From Priapulus caudatus (taxonomy: Eukaryota): 60,170 bases of DNA. Below the pieces are notes generated by a model. The model did not search any database, was not told where the DNA came from, and saw only the letters and a program-made list of their open reading frames with translations. Every line of letters begins with the position of its first letter. The stretch's first letter is position 1. Where the stretch lies: assembly GCF_000485595.1 (NCBI RefSeq), contig NW_014577077.1:330697-390866 (forward strand), in the 5' to 3' direction. The translations under genes were made by a program, and so were the position numbers. This document shows, piece after piece, positions 1-14,367 of this stretch.

Positions 1-78
<78 letters not shown>

Positions 79-120
79 CGCGCGCGTGTGCGTGTGTGTA
101 TGTGTGTGTGTGTGTGTGTG
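1..120. repeat. (TC)n followed by (TG)n microsatellite
   Basis: Direct inspection. Confidence 0.95.
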
Positions 121-1104
121 TAGCGCATATAGGCAAGGAGGTATGAAGTGAGTGCGAAACAAGTGAAATACCACATAGTTTGATTAGTAGCGCGATATTC
201 GCTGCGGCAGTTGTTACAGCCGACATTTGTCCGAGGACGACGAAGCCTTTACCCGTGATGCGTACGACATGTCTATTTATAACGGCTAGACGTACATCCA
301 TACTATCGTCGACTGATTGAGAAGCAGTGCGATTCTTTATACACCGGCTGACAAGAAATACGACGTGAGTCGCTCGTACCGCCTTCTTCGATCATTCATC
401 CTCATTAAAACGTATAATATATAGTCACATGCGGAATTAAAGTGTTACTGAATGGCTGAGGTGACGTGAAGCAGGGTCACTGATGGGTGGCGGCGGCGGC
501 TGCGCTGCTGCTGCTACAGTAACTATGCTCATTATGTTTCATTGTAATCAGTGCTAAATACATGTGATTTATGTATGCATTTATATACATGTGTAGTAAT
601 CGTTTGATTCTTCTTTAAAATTAAAATATTTTGTGCTAAATGATCCCCCTTGACTCTCTTTACAATATCAATATTCTTTACCAAAGGGTCCCCCTTAGTC
701 TCTACCAGGAAGAGTATAGGCCCCCTCAAAATCGTAGGCCCATGCCAACTGGCCCACCTGCCCCTCCCTCTGTTCTGGCCTGTATATAGACTATTACTTA
801 CTATAGACGCTGTCTACTACTAGACTACACTCTAACTCAGTAGATAATAGTAATTATCAGTCTTAACAAGTTACAGTCATGCCTGCAGACATTTTTTATG
901 CCTAATACAAATTTTTTATGGTCATCACCTATTATATAAACTATTATAACCTATTATAGACAACACATTAATTTAGAATATGTACACAATAAAATGTGGG
1001 AAAATAAGAGTAGACTACTCACATTTCCCAGCTGCTCCTTGCTCTATCAACTATCATGCAGCTGTATACCTGTACCAGAGTAGAGCTAGAGTGACGTAGG
1101 CCAT

Positions 1105-1533
1105 TCGGGGGCGTCTGGCGGATACACCCACCACTGAATTATTCTGGCAGTGGCCATTCACAATACCTGAGGCTATGCCGGACATTTTCTAATGGGTGCC
1201 AGAAGGTTTCCTTTCCAGCTAATCTAGCTCAATTTTGGGGTATCGGTTTTTTAGCTCTGGCGCATGCGCCCCACCACTAAAAAATTCTGGCAGTGTCCAT
1301 TCCTGATACCTGGGACCATGCCAAACATTTTCCAATAGGTTTCATGGGGTTTCCTCTCCAGCTAATCTAGCCCAATTTTGGGGTGCCTTTCAAATGACCC
1401 CACTGACCACACCCACCAGCGGCTGCCCGCCAGACTTACATTTCCTTACATGGGTATGTACACGAATCATTGCTATATGCATGAAAATTGGTTTCCTTTC
1501 CAGCTAGGCTGACCCCCCTGGGCTCCTGCACTA
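1105..1533 (+). mobile_element. Right terminal repeat of an Academ-like DNA transposon (duplicate of 8003-8714)
   Basis: Internal ~140-bp subrepeats; ends GGGCTCCTGCACTA followed by TAT; reverse complement of 4753-5190. Confidence 0.6.
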
Positions 1534-2104
1534 TATATCCTGCAATTACTGTTTGCCGGCTAACGTTCTGGCTTAAAATCGCGCTTTTGAGCACACCTCG
1601 AAGTGTACTGTACTGCACATCTTCCCATGATCGTGTGAGTAAGCGCAGCTGACAGTTGATGCATCAATGTCTTTGCCCGTATGCAAGCGTGCTAAATGTT
1701 ATTAGCATTATGCTGGAGCAATACTAATAATCTTGCTGATGCTGACAGCTTCATAAAGATGTGCTCTTACAAGCACACAGATACGGATCCGGATACTGAT
1801 TACACCACGATAGTAAACCTATTATATTTTGATGAGTATCTGATATATGTACTAGATCTGTACATTACATATATACATATTGCCCATTGATGATTATAGG
1901 GCGTGTGAACTCAGTATAGAGAAGCAGTGTAGTTTCCTGAAGCTCATAACATATACGCAAACGCCAGCATTCATAGTTTTTCCAAGATGCTCATATAATA
2001 TAGTGTAGTGCCGACTATTCTGCTATCTTCTGTTCTCATAGCATGATTATATAATAGCAGTCGCAGTCTTATATGCCGTCTTTATATAGTACGCTTGTAT
2101 GGAA

Positions 2105-2260
2105 TGCACGCACCCACACGCATGCGTGCACGCCCGCGCACACACACACGCACACACACACGCCCGCCCGCACGCACGCACACACGCACGCACGCACGCA
2201 CATATCCCTCTCGCTATCTCACTCCCTCTCTCGCACACGCGCGCTGCAACACACATCTTT

Positions 2261-2312
<52 letters not shown>

Positions 2313-2432
2313 TACTCTCACTCTCGCTTACACTGACACTGACAAAGAAACTGACACTTACACTTACACTGACACTGACACTGACACTGACACTGACACT
2401 GACACTGACACTGACACTGACACTGACACTGA
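2105..2432. repeat. Compound microsatellite (CA/CACG)n, (CTCACT)n, (GACACT)n
   Basis: Direct inspection; source of the spurious low-complexity ORFs here. Confidence 0.95.
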
Positions 2433-3630
2433 CATCTCGTAGTTCGACAGCGTAGAAGTGGCAGCGTTGATAGCAGAGATAACCAGTAGACGTAGACGTA
2501 GTCACAGATTAGTTGTTTCACATGGACTTTTATTAGTAACTACACATACAAAATATATATATATACATAATACAGCCTATAGGCTACCATGCCTAGGCTC
2601 TGACTGACTACATACTGATAGTGTCTCTCTAAATCTTATATCTTCTCTCTTTCTTGCTTGTCAAATGCTGCTTACATATATGGGCTCAAACCCGGCTCTA
2701 GAAACTCGTCTGTCCAAAACCAGACCCTTGCGACAAGCAAGCGATGCCCGTTCGCAGGTGCGACATATCCCTATCACAAGGCGGATGCGGGAGGACGCGC
2801 CCGTCTATTGTCGTTTGCGCGCCGCGTCAACCACTCCTATACATGTAGATGCTCTAGGTGTGACGTGCTTAGCGTCACGTCCCGTTACCATCGCTTGCTG
2901 CATACAATACACGTATATCTTCACAAACGCTGCCTCTCTACTGGTAGTTTGCATCACCAATAATTAACTACTCATCTAAATTGAACCATGACTTCGGCTT
3001 CTTTTTACAATAACTCTTGCTGAGATTAAAACTGCCATCAGTGGGCTTCAGCCTGCAAATCCTCCCTGTTCTATACAGAAAGATCCAATTAAAACCATCA
3101 GCATACAGCTATCAAGCCAGCCAACGCGATATACGCGTACGTATAATTATATATGCACACATGGAGATAAAAACCGCATTACTTTGAATGCTAATCGTTT
3201 TCCGAATAAAAATTTGTTGCCATATTTTCATGAACGAAGTTCTTAGTAATAGGACTTAATTGAGTAGAAAAGCAAACATGTTAATTACTAAGTACTCTAA
3301 GCACTACATTTTTACTACAACCTGGGTGAGCGCGCATGACCTAAACATAGCCAACGATCACAGATGCTGAGGCGTACAGCTTCTAAGAAAACTATTAATT
3401 TGGCATTTTAGAGATCACACGCTATAGCGAGCTCTGATGTGTTCGCGTTTTTATTGTAATTTAGCAATGCGGTTAATGAGAGGGTTTATCGGCACTACTT
3501 GCGTGATTACGAGTGCATGCTCTGGACATCATCCAAGAAAGACTCGCATCTTCCAAAGACCCGCCGCACAAATGAATCATGCCACATAGAAATCACCATC
3601 AGCAGCAAATGCGTGTACAGTAACGTCACA

Positions 3631-3670
3631 TCAAGAGCGTATAAAGAAGGGCTTCTTTATACGCTCTTGA
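3631..3670. mobile_element. 40-bp TIR-TIR palindrome (putative excision footprint), 5-bp TSD TCACA
   Basis: TCAAGAGCGTATAAAGAAG-GG-CTTCTTTATACGCTCTTGA flanked by TCACA on both sides; arms match the termini of the MITE at 43408-44134. Confidence 0.85.
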
Positions 3671-5212
3671 TCACATGTGATGCGTTACGAAAAACGTTAT
3701 CACATTGTTTATCTGATGAAAACAAACGAAAACGCAAGCTGATAGAACTGAATGAAGTTAAAACTATACTTATTTATGGACAAGTGCAATACACGCGCGT
3801 TCCGATGAGTGGTAAAGTTTACTGCAGGTTAAAGGCCGTATGTCATTACCGCAAAAACAAGTAAATCACTAAATGTAAGGTTAATTTCAATCTGGTAACA
3901 CATAGACTTAATCTTGATTAAGGGTAACACAATTATATCAAAAAATAATTATCTTCACTTAATTAAAATTAATTAATTATTTAATTATTGGTCGACCAAG
4001 GCTAATCAGATCCCTGGAATTTGTAACAAACATCTACAACAGCCTGTATATATATAGCGAACATAAGACAGGCGTGCCTTTACATAATTGCTGCAATATA
4101 TAACCATGAAACATTTAAACTTATTATCTCTCAAATATATTATCATTATGTATTAAAAAAAGAATTAAATGAAGAGATTAATGCATTTAGAAAAATTGGG
4201 GTTCACCTGCTACTGGACTTATTGCTGGTTACTCCATCAAAATATACGAGTTTCTGCTGGTATAGGCTATAAAACAGTGCAATGGACAGCAAGCATGCGC
4301 CTGCATGCATTCCTGAGAATCGTAAAAAAAAACGAAAAGTGCTGCTCTAAAACAAGTTACCTGGTTACGTGACGTAAATTGCTCTAGACTAGACACGCAG
4401 ACAAAGGTTGCATAGTGTACAGACGCCATCTTATGAGATGCAAGATTCATGTGCTATTGATGATGACATATGTAAACAAATTTACTTTGAAATTCAGATC
4501 AGTGCACATATTGGTGAAAATAATGAGTATCTTATTAAGACACTCGCGTTTTATCGTATACGTGTTACGCAAGGAGTACCAGTAAGTATCAAAACGTTCG
4601 AGAAAATATGAGAACGGTTGGAAAGACGTGATATCCTTGCTGTAATTGTAGTATTTAATAAACGTTGATGAGTGGTGCGCAAATGTATGCAAATGATAGG
4701 TCATCGGAGACAGGTATTACAATACTCCGTTGATACTCCTAATCCGCACTATTAGACCGGGAGCCCAGGGGGGTCAGCCTAGTTGGAAAGGAAACCAATT
4801 TTCATGCATATAGCAATAATTCGTGTACATACCCATGTAAGGAAATGTAAGTCTGGCGGGCAGCCGCTGGTGGGTGTGGTCAGTGGGGTCATTTAAAAGG
4901 CACCCCAAAATTGAGCTAGATTAGCTGGAGAGGAACGCCCATGAAACCTATTGGAAAATGTTCGGCATGGTCCCAGGTATCAGGAATGGACACTGCCAGA
5001 ATATTTTAGTGATGGGGCGCATCCGCCAGACCTAAAAAACCGTTACCCCAAAATTGAGCTAGATAGGAAACCTTTTGGAACCCACTGGGAAATGTTCGGC
5101 TTAGTCTCAGGTATCGTGAATGGCCACTGCCAGAATAATTCAGTGGTTGGGTGTGCCCACCAGACGCCCCGAACTGCCCCCACCCGGGCCTTCATTATTT
5201 AGATAGATTAGC

Positions 5213-5236
5213 TCAGAAGTAGATATCTACTTCTGA
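5213..5236. mobile_element. 24-bp perfect palindrome, 5-bp TSD TTAGC
   Basis: TCAGAAGTAGAT|ATCTACTTCTGA flanked by TTAGC/TTAGC; the same arm recurs at 23246 and 28486-28548. Confidence 0.8.
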
Positions 5237-5989
5237 TTAGCTGGAGATCGAGGAAACCACTGATCCATCGGTCAGCTTTGCTTCTCTACCTTTTTTTTTC
5301 ATGTTGTTAATTTGCAGAATAGAATCTTTCAACAAATCTCGAATGTACAACACATTGATTTGATGAAACAACATTATTCCCTTATATAAAGCACTTCTTC
5401 TCAACACTTTCATTTCTCATATACAGTGTATCAAGTAGTCACAGTGGTTATATATACAGTATAGTCCACTGCAGCGACCCCACTTAAGTGGGACTAATAA
5501 TGCGAAGGAAGAAAAAGAAGAAGTGTCTTCAAAATCACAAGAAAAATCACCTGAACAGTTTCTCTCATGAAGCCATACGGCAAATAAATAAAAATAAAAA
5601 TATTACTCACAAGGTCGACCATCATCACAAGGTATTAACACAAAGGTATTTTATTTCTATAAAATGAAACATCATATGGCATACATTTACAATTCCAAAT
5701 CACATTATTGCCTCCCAATTTAGCAATCCAGTAATTAAAATCCATTTTAATAATCAACTATCAAATTTAGTTCAAACCATCATGTTTTATGTCATTTATC
5801 ATATTTGATCTTAACTTTAACCCCCCTTGCAGACCCCCAGAAAAAGTGAAAGTACAAAGTTGTACCTAATTAAAGGTTCCAAACCCATGTAAATATCTAG
5901 AGCTACTATAGACCAAACTTTGATCGTAGCATCTATAAAATTTGTGTTCGCTACAAGAACGCCCGTCTTCCACCTCCACATCAGAGTCT

Positions 5990-6250
5990 CATCAACTCCA
6001 TGCTTCCGCCACGAATCGCTGCAGTACTTCCAACTCGGAATATCTAGCTGTCACGCATTCAACCTCCATGTCCCCCTGGGGGTTAATGACATTTGAAACT
6101 AAGCTCTCTGGTACGGTCGGACCTCGCAACCATGTTGGCTCATAGTGTCCCTTCAGAGACAACCCATAACGTGGTGCAACCGTCCCCAGGAGATGCTGTC
6201 CAGGCACGTGTCGCTCAACGCGGTAACAACGTGTTCGTCGTAGCCTCATC
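5990..6250 (-). pseudogene. C-terminal remnant of an Academ(X)-type transposon protein
   Basis: YGLSLKGHYEPTWLRGPTVPESL resembles the P..yGW....y.PvW..gp..Pe.l tail of AcademX proteins (recognised by eye). Confidence 0.45.
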
Positions 6251-6783
6251 TCTAGGGTGACGGAAAGTGCGGCTTGCGACGTTCCCAGTGGATTGGTGTG
6301 GGTGCGTGCGTGCGTGGCGTGTGCGTGAGTGCGTGCGTCGTGCTCGTGTGCGTGCCGGTGTGTGTGTGTGTGTGTGTTGTGTGTGTTGCGCGCGCGTGTG
6401 TGTGTGTGTGTGTGGTGTGGTGTGTGTGGTGCGCGCGCGCGCGCGTAAGGTACCCTGTGTTGTGTAAGGTGTGCGTGCGTGCGGCCGTGGCGCTCGTGCG
6501 TGCAGTGCTGGTGGTGTGTGGTGGGTGTGTGTTAGAGAGAGAGAGAGGGTGGCCGTGGCGGGCGTGTGCTGAGTGCGTGTGGCGGGCGTGTTGCGTGGTG
6601 TGTGTGTTTGTGTGTGGTGTGATTTGAGAGAAGAGAGAGCTGTTGCGTGTGGTGGCGGTGAGTGTGCGGCGGCGCGTGTGAGTCTACTCTCTCTCTCTAT
6701 TCTCTACAATATCTCTATCTCTATCCTACTCTATCCTACTCATATCTGCTATCTCTCCCTCTCTCTCTCTCGCTCTGCTCTCT

Positions 6784-6828
<45 letters not shown>

Positions 6829-6851
6829 ATCCTACTCTATCTCATCTCTAT

Positions 6852-6897
<46 letters not shown>

Positions 6898-6969
6898 ATC
6901 TCTAATCTCCTCTCTCATCTAAATCTCTTCTCTCCTCTCTCTCTCTCTCGCGCGCCTCGCTCTAGTGCT

Positions 6970-9441
6970 GTGTGTGTGTGTGTGTGCGCAGCGCGAGCCG
7001 CGTGCGTGCGTGCGTGCGTGCGTGTTAGCGCATATAGGCAAGCAGGTATGAAGTGATGCGAAACAAGTGAAAACACATAGTCATTAGAAGCCCGCAGATC
7101 GGCTGCGGCAGTTGTTACAGCGCGACATTTGTCAGCGGGACGACGAAGCCTTACCGCGTGCAGGCGTACGACATGTCCATTTAAACGGCTAGACCGTACA
7201 TCCATACAATCGTCGACTGATTTGAGCAAGCAGTGCGATTTCGTAATACACCGTGACAAGAAATACGACCGTTGAGCGCTCACCGGCCTTCCCTCGATCA
7301 TTCATCCTCATTAAAACGTATAAATATAGTCACATGCTGGAATTTGAAAGGTACTGAATGGCGAGGTGACGTGAAGCAGGGTCCACTGATGGTGGCCGCA
7401 GGCGGCTGCGCTGCTGCCTGCTACAGTAAATAGCTCATTTGTTTCATTGTAATCAGTGCTAAATACATGTGATTTATGTATGCATTATATACATGTGTAG
7501 TAATCGTTTGATTCTTCTTTAAAATTAAAATATTTCTGGTGCAATGATCCCCCTTGACTCTCTTTACAATATCAATATTCTTTACAAAGGGTCCCCCTTA
7601 GTCTCTACCAGGAAGAGTATAGGCCCCCTCAAAATCGTAGGCCCATGGCCAGAGCTGCCGCCACCTGCCCTCCCTCTGTTCTGGCCTGTATAAGACTATT
7701 ACTTACTATAGACGCGTCTACTACTAGACTACACTCTAACTCAGTACGATAATAGCATTATCAGTCTAACAAGTTACAGTCATGCCTGCAGACATTTTTA
7801 TGCCTAATACAAATTTTTATGGTCATCACCTATTATATAAACTATTATACCTATTATAGACAACACATTAATTTAGAATATGTACACAATAAAATGTGGG
7901 AAAATAAGAAGTAGACTACTCAACATTCCAGCTGCTCCTTGCTCTATCAACTATCATGCAGCCTGTATACCTGTACCAGAGTAGAGCTAGAGTGACGTTA
8001 GGCCATTCGGGGCGTCTGCGGATACACCCACCACTGAATTATTCTGGCAGTGGCCATTCACAATACCTGAGGCTATGCCGGACATTTCCTAATGGTGCCG
8101 AAGGTTCCTTTCCAGCTAATCTAAGCTAAATTTGGGGTATCGGTTTTTTAGGTCTGGCGCATGCGCCCCACCACTAAAAAATTCGGCAGTGTCCATTCCT
8201 GATACCTGGGACCATGCCAAACATTTTCCAATAGGTATCATGGGGGTTCCTCTCCAGCTAATCTAGCCCAATTTTGGGAGTGGGGGCAGTTGGGGGCGTC
8301 TGGTGGATACACCCACCACTGAATTATTTCTGCAGTGGCCATTCACGATTACCTGGGACTATTGCTGAACATTTTCAATGGGTGCCAGAAGGTTTCCTTT
8401 CCAGCTAATCTAGCTCAATTTTGGGGTATCGGTTTTTAGCTCTGCGCATGCGCCCCACCACTAAAAAAATTCTGGCAGTGTCCATTCCTGATACTGGGAC
8501 CATGCCGAACATTTTCCAATAGGTTTCATGAGGTTTCCTCTCCAGCTATCTAGCCCAATTTTGGGGTGCCTTTCAAATGACCCCACTGACCACACCCACC
8601 AGCGGCTGCCGCCAGACTTACATTTCCTTACATGGAGTACACGAATCATTGCTATATGCATGAAAATTGTGGTTTCCTTTCCAGCTAGGCTGCACCCCCT
8701 GGGCTCCTGCACTATATACCTGCAATTACTGTTTGCCGGCTAACGTTCTGGCTTAAAATCGCGCGCTTTGAGCACACTCGAAGTGTACTGTACTGCACAT
8801 CTTCCCATGATCGTGTGAGTAAGCGCAGCTGACAGTTGATGCATCAATGTCTTTGCCCGTATGCAAGCGTGCTAAATGTTATTTAGCATTATGCTGGAGC
8901 AATACTAATAATCTTGCTGATGCTGACAGCTTCATAAAGATGTGCTCTTACAAGCACACAGATACGGATCCGATACTGCATTACACCACGATAGGTAACC
9001 TATTATATTTGATGAGTATCTGATATATGTACTAGATCTGTACATTACATATATACATATGTGCCCATTGATGATGTATAGGGCGTGGAACTCAGTATAG
9101 AGAAGCAGTGTAGTTTCCTGAAGCTCATAACATACCCAAACGCCAGCATTCATAGTTTTTCCAAGATGCTCATATATAGTGTAGTGCCGACTATTCTGCT
9201 ATTTCTGTTCTCATAGCATGATTATATAAAGCAGTCGCAGTCTTATATGCCGTCTTTATATAGTACGCCTTGTATGGAATGCACGCACCACACGCATGCG
9301 TGGCACGCCCGCGCGCACACACACAGCACACACACACGCCGAGCGCCGCACGCACGCGCACACGCACGCACGCACGCACACCATCCCTCTCGCTATCTCA
9401 CTCCCTCTTCTCGCACACGCGCGCTGCAAACACACATCTTT

Positions 9442-9476
<35 letters not shown>

Positions 9477-9620
9477 GCTTACACTGACACTGACAAAGAA
9501 ACTGACACTACACTTACCCCTGACAGCTGACCACTGACCCTCGACACTGACACTGACACTGACAATGACACTGACACTGACACTGACACTGACACTGGCA
9601 CTGACACTGACAATAACACT
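6970..9620 (+). repeat. Indel-rich duplicate of 70-2432
   Basis: Colinear with 70-2432 (e.g. 121 corresponds to 7026), with many 1-bp indels and one extra ~280-bp subrepeat unit. Confidence 0.9.
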
Positions 9621-10320
9621 GACACGGACACTTGCTCTTTCCCCTCCCTCGCATTCACAACAGCTGATGGATGCACGAAATTTGCATGACTTTATGCCCT
9701 TAATTTATAGAAGGGAAAACATGAATAAACCAGCATCAATCGCATGAACCCTGTGTCCCAAAGGCTTAACGCTCACGGTGACACCATCATGGTACTATCT
9801 TGTAGTTTACTCAGTGAATGTACTTAATTAGCATATGAACAACGCAACGCATATAAAATGGACGTGTTCATCATGCAAATTGCGCGTGACAATTGACGTT
9901 CAACAGTTTTAAGAGTATAGAAATTATAATGCCATGAAGCGGAAGGTGGAAGTGCACACGGAAATTGAGCACTAACAGGCTGAATAATTGTTATCGTAAT
10001 GGCCCTGCGTGGTCACACGGAAAACCGGGGTTAAGGCTTCGCATAACGTATAAGCTTCGTTATGGGCAAACTGTCACTACGACTAAAAGGAAATGCCACA
10101 ATTCTGCAATCTAAATGGCAGAAATACATTAAATTTGTGAGTTTCCAGTTTAGTACGGTGTTGCATCACTGCTGATTAGCCATTGTCATTTTAATAGCAT
10201 CGTCATTCAAATGAATAGAATGCATAATTTATATCGTCCTTGGCTAAATTTGTATAGAATAAATATATTTTCATCTCATCATCTCCTATTTCTGTATTTT
10301 AGATATTAGGATGCATTTGA

Positions 10321-10820
10321 AACTAGAAAGGGCAGTTGTCGCCAACTACATTTATCCCCCGTGATCTAGTATAAATGAAATATTTCTGTAAGGACGTAGA
10401 AGGTAGGTAAAGTTAAATAAGTCACAAAGTCACACATCTGCCTGAGATGTGCAAGTATGTTAAAATTGGTTGCCTTAGGGGTTTTGGTACGCAACACACT
10501 TTCTCCCCAAGATGTGTAAGTATACGAAGTTTGCTCACGCTAGGTCAATTAGGGGCCGAGTTATAGAGTGGAAGGGAAATATGATCAAGGTCAAGGTAAA
10601 GGTCAAATAAAGTTCGTAGTGACCTGGTTTTGGTACGCTGCGCACCTTCTCCCCAAGATGTGTAAGTATAGGCCTACCAAGTTTGGTAGCGCTAGGTCAA
10701 TTAGGGGTCTAGTTATAGAGCGGAAGGGGAAGTGTCTGCGGCGGCGCCAAGCGGCGGCGGCGGCGGCTGGCCAGACATGAAACCATAGTATCCCCGCCGA
10801 CTTTGTCGCGGGGGATACAA
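10321..10820 (-). mobile_element. HINE/DINE-1-like non-autonomous Helentron element
   Basis: Sub-terminal inverted repeats (ATCCCCCG / CGGGGGAT), two ~150-bp core repeats, (GCG)n tract, terminal stem-loop plus CTAGTT. Confidence 0.65.
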
Positions 10821-11289
10821 CTACCGTTTTAAACATTTAACTACAACTACTCAGCCTGATTGATTTCACCATACACCAGCATGCGCACAATGTCTTGCTT
10901 TGTGTATATTATGCGTTGCAGTTCTATATATTGCGAAATAACAGTAAAGAGGGTAATTTGGTTACAACTCGTATCACGATTAGGGTGAATATCAAGTATT
11001 CAAAGCATCGTGGCCTCTGCTAGTACCCATATTATTTGACTCCCATGGTAAAAGATGTAGGTATTATTAAGTTAATGGTTCTTTAAGAAACAAACAATCA
11101 AAACATTAGCAGAGATCGGCTCGAAAATAGAGCAAATATTACAAATATTACAATTATTTTAATATTCAGCTAGTAGCAAAATGGTAACTGAAATTTCATA
11201 TGGGGAAACTTGCCTGACCAGCACATATATGCATATAAGATGAACATGAACGAAGAAGGAAAAAATCGAAAACGAGGAAATTTTTCCAG

Positions 11290-11560
11290 CTAAAAAGGAG
11301 GCAGGAGATCATTGCCCGCTGTCCTAAACACGGGTAGATCTGTATCGCCTGTTTTCTCGGCGATTTCACATCGCCTTTTCATCAAACGCCTCCAGTTCCT
11401 CATCCTTCCTCTTTGGATCTCCCTCACGCCATCTATTTCCCCAACAGTTTTCTTAACCAATACCAAGTTCTGAACACCTCATTTCGCCATCACCTGTCTA
11501 CCAACTCCCTCAATTTTCTCTTCCCCATATATTCCTCCCCTCCTACTCCAACCTACACAG
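11290..11560 (-). mobile_element. Degenerate 3' end of an RTE-like LINE
   Basis: Minus-strand translation fragments KIEG...RTWYW...REIQRGRMRNWRRL resemble RTE C-termini; many stops. Confidence 0.3.
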
Positions 11561-14336
11561 CCATCTATTTCATCTTCATTCGCTTTCTTCCTGTCCCATG
11601 TGGATATTACGCCTCTTTCAGTCAGAACAATTTATTTTCAGGGTTAATCGGTCAATGTTGTTACAACAAGAGACCTTGTTGTAGCTGGGCTCACAGTCAG
11701 CGCCAGTAAAAAGACTTCGGAACAGTCTAGCACCGGCTGTGCAAAGCTCACTTAAAAACGTCACCACCGACTCTACTAGGAGGTTTCATAGCATGATTGT
11801 ACTCTCCTATTTGAATTTCCTAAAGCGTAATAGAAATTTACTGCATCACAAACGTGATTATAGGTACAACGGTCAGCTCTAATTACGCACATCCTTCATT
11901 GCATTGCGTAATGCAAGTAAGGGCATTGTAATGAGAGCTAGATATAGATCCGCGATTCTCGGGTCATTGAGAGAATCAAGAACATCCAATCAAAGGTCGC
12001 TGAACGTTTTCCCACCACCATCCGCCTTTCTAATCACTGACTCGCAGTCCCTAGAAACACAGACGAATATATGACTGATGGTAGGTATGCCATAGTCCCG
12101 AAATTCGATTCCTGATCAATAGTCGCGAGTTAGTTGGAAATAGTGCGTTATGAGTTCGGTAAATCTAAAACCTTCGTACGAAATACATGAGAAATGACTG
12201 GCTAGTCGTATTGTCACATGAAGCTTGTCCAAGCTATTCACGCAGGCAACTGTACTCGGGCTATAGTCCTAGAGCTATTCAATATTCATACACTATCACG
12301 TACTTGCACTGATCTATTTACAGAACACAGTTGTTCTGGTCAAACATGATAGACATATCTCATTCGTATTTTCCTGGGCATCTTCTCTATCGCAACTCTG
12401 CATCTTATATAACCAATCATTCATTGAACTACGAATTTAATTCGATCAGTACACGTGTTCCCGACACGAACGTTTGCTTACACGTGCACATTCTACTCAA
12501 CCCTTGCAGTCTGCTTACGCTCACAAATAACAACCTAAGTCAGCTACACAACTCATCATACGATCGGCAGATCTATCCCATTTTATTACTGTCGCGCAGG
12601 CAGGCAGGCCCCGTGCATCCATCCATCATTCAGGCTAATCACAGTGAAGTAGATATGTACACACGGAGCGGCAGCCGTACTCATAGTCATACAGTGAACA
12701 CCATGAAGGGTGATTGGAACACTGCCACACTATCAAATGCATATTGCAAGTCTTCCTGCGAAGTCGTGTGGTTTCCCACGCAGAATCCTAAAAAGACTGT
12801 TCACAGAAAATATCGGTGTCCGAATTTTTACGCGAAAAATAACTGACGCTAGACGCAAAAACTATTAGCTGTCTGACTACAAGAACGCAATCATAAAAGG
12901 TAGCTGCATGAGTTTGCATTCCATCATTGCTTGTCATAATCACTAACCACGTTACACGCGGATAATTAGCTACTGTAATTAATCAAATACTGTCAATATT
13001 TAAGTGTGCATTGGCACTTAATATACATGGGATTTTTTTTTTAAAATGTCCTACCACAATATTTATCAAGTGAACAGTCCACGCACTCGTGTGATGAGGG
13101 AGAATAGAGAAGGGGCAATGAAAAGAGAACGCAAGGAAGGGGCAGATTTGTATAGTTCCCAAAATTCATAACTATTCCAATATTTATGCACGATGCCAGG
13201 TAAATCGGTAAAGGTGACGCTGCCAGGTTCATTATTTATGGTCAATTATTACGTACCAATTATACTGTTTCGGGACAATAACTTTTAATTATGTGAATCC
13301 ATGCAATAATTATGTTTCGCTCTCACAGCAGTAACTTCTGACGGAGGACAAGCGCTGCAGGTCTCCCATGTGCTTCCATGTGACAAATTTCTCTAGTAAC
13401 CAATTTGTCTGTGATGCATTTACAGTATCGAATTCTTCCACGCCATAACACAGCTTAATTTTACAGCAATTTTCTTTCGAGCTATGACTTCACATCGTAC
13501 TAACATCTTAGATTCAATTGTGACATATTATGTCATGGGCATGAAATGTTACGTTGATAGAAGCAAGTCCATAGCCACGGGATAAACATATTTTCACACA
13601 TGTGTCGTGACTCATGTTGTACTTCTAAACACTTCTGCAATAGCAAATGTGAATTTCTGTCCAGACCATGTTTGTATGTAAATAATAACACATTAGCAGG
13701 AGTCTTCTAATATTTATAATAATACGTGTTGATAAAAAACATTATTTTACTCTTGATAGTATCATACCTAAACATAAATACACATATCTGCATTGCTTTC
13801 GACTACATTCGTACGCCCGCATTGACGATTCAAGCTACACCCGTTCGCAGTCAGCTTCTATCAGACGTCAAAATGTCATCTCTTGATCGAAAATCTTGTG
13901 ATGATGTGACATTTCGTTATGCAGACCGTGACGCGTACACGACAAAAATTGCTCGCTTCATACTGCATCCAGGCTCGGTTACAATCAAAACTGCTGAATC
14001 GAATCCTAACTGCGCCGCGGTGGTATTGAACAGCTGCATCACTCGTTACCCACCAACTGAACTGCTCGTTACTGACCATCAAACTGTGACTGCACAGTGA
14101 GGGAGAAGCATAGAGAGGGTAAGGGGGAGGGGAGGGATGGGGAGACGGATGGGCAGCTAGACGGATGGCTGGACGGACGTACAGATGGATAGATGAGCAC
14201 ACATACAGACGGCCGGACAGACAGACAGACAGCCCGATCGACGGACGGACGGACGGACGGACGGGGGGCGGGCTGGCAGGCAGACAGAGACAGACAGAAA
14301 AAGAAAGATACATTCACAATTGGAGAGGGAGATTGA

Positions 14337-14367
<31 letters not shown>

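Larger units (their letters stand above)
4753..8714 (-). mobile_element. Internally deleted Academ-like DNA transposon with long subrepeat-containing TIRs
   Basis: Termini TAGACCGGGAGCCC / GGGCTCCTGCACTA; TIRs 4753-5190 and ~8003-8714; TAT on both flanks (3-bp TSD); internal ORF remnant at ~5990-6250. Confidence 0.6.

Noticed and set aside
2047..2521. Long ORFs of poly-TH/VC/SL/SV type (also 6267-6922, 36749-37070, 37712-38418, 44333-44826, 52162-52540, 55034-55676)
   Set aside because: Translations of micro- and minisatellites with no coding signal
13873..13953. MSSLDRKSCDDVTFRYADRDAYTTKIA faintly resembles the STRIP/FAM40 N-terminal F.YAD.D motif
   Set aside because: No splice donor at the expected place and no further exons found; too short to distinguish from chance
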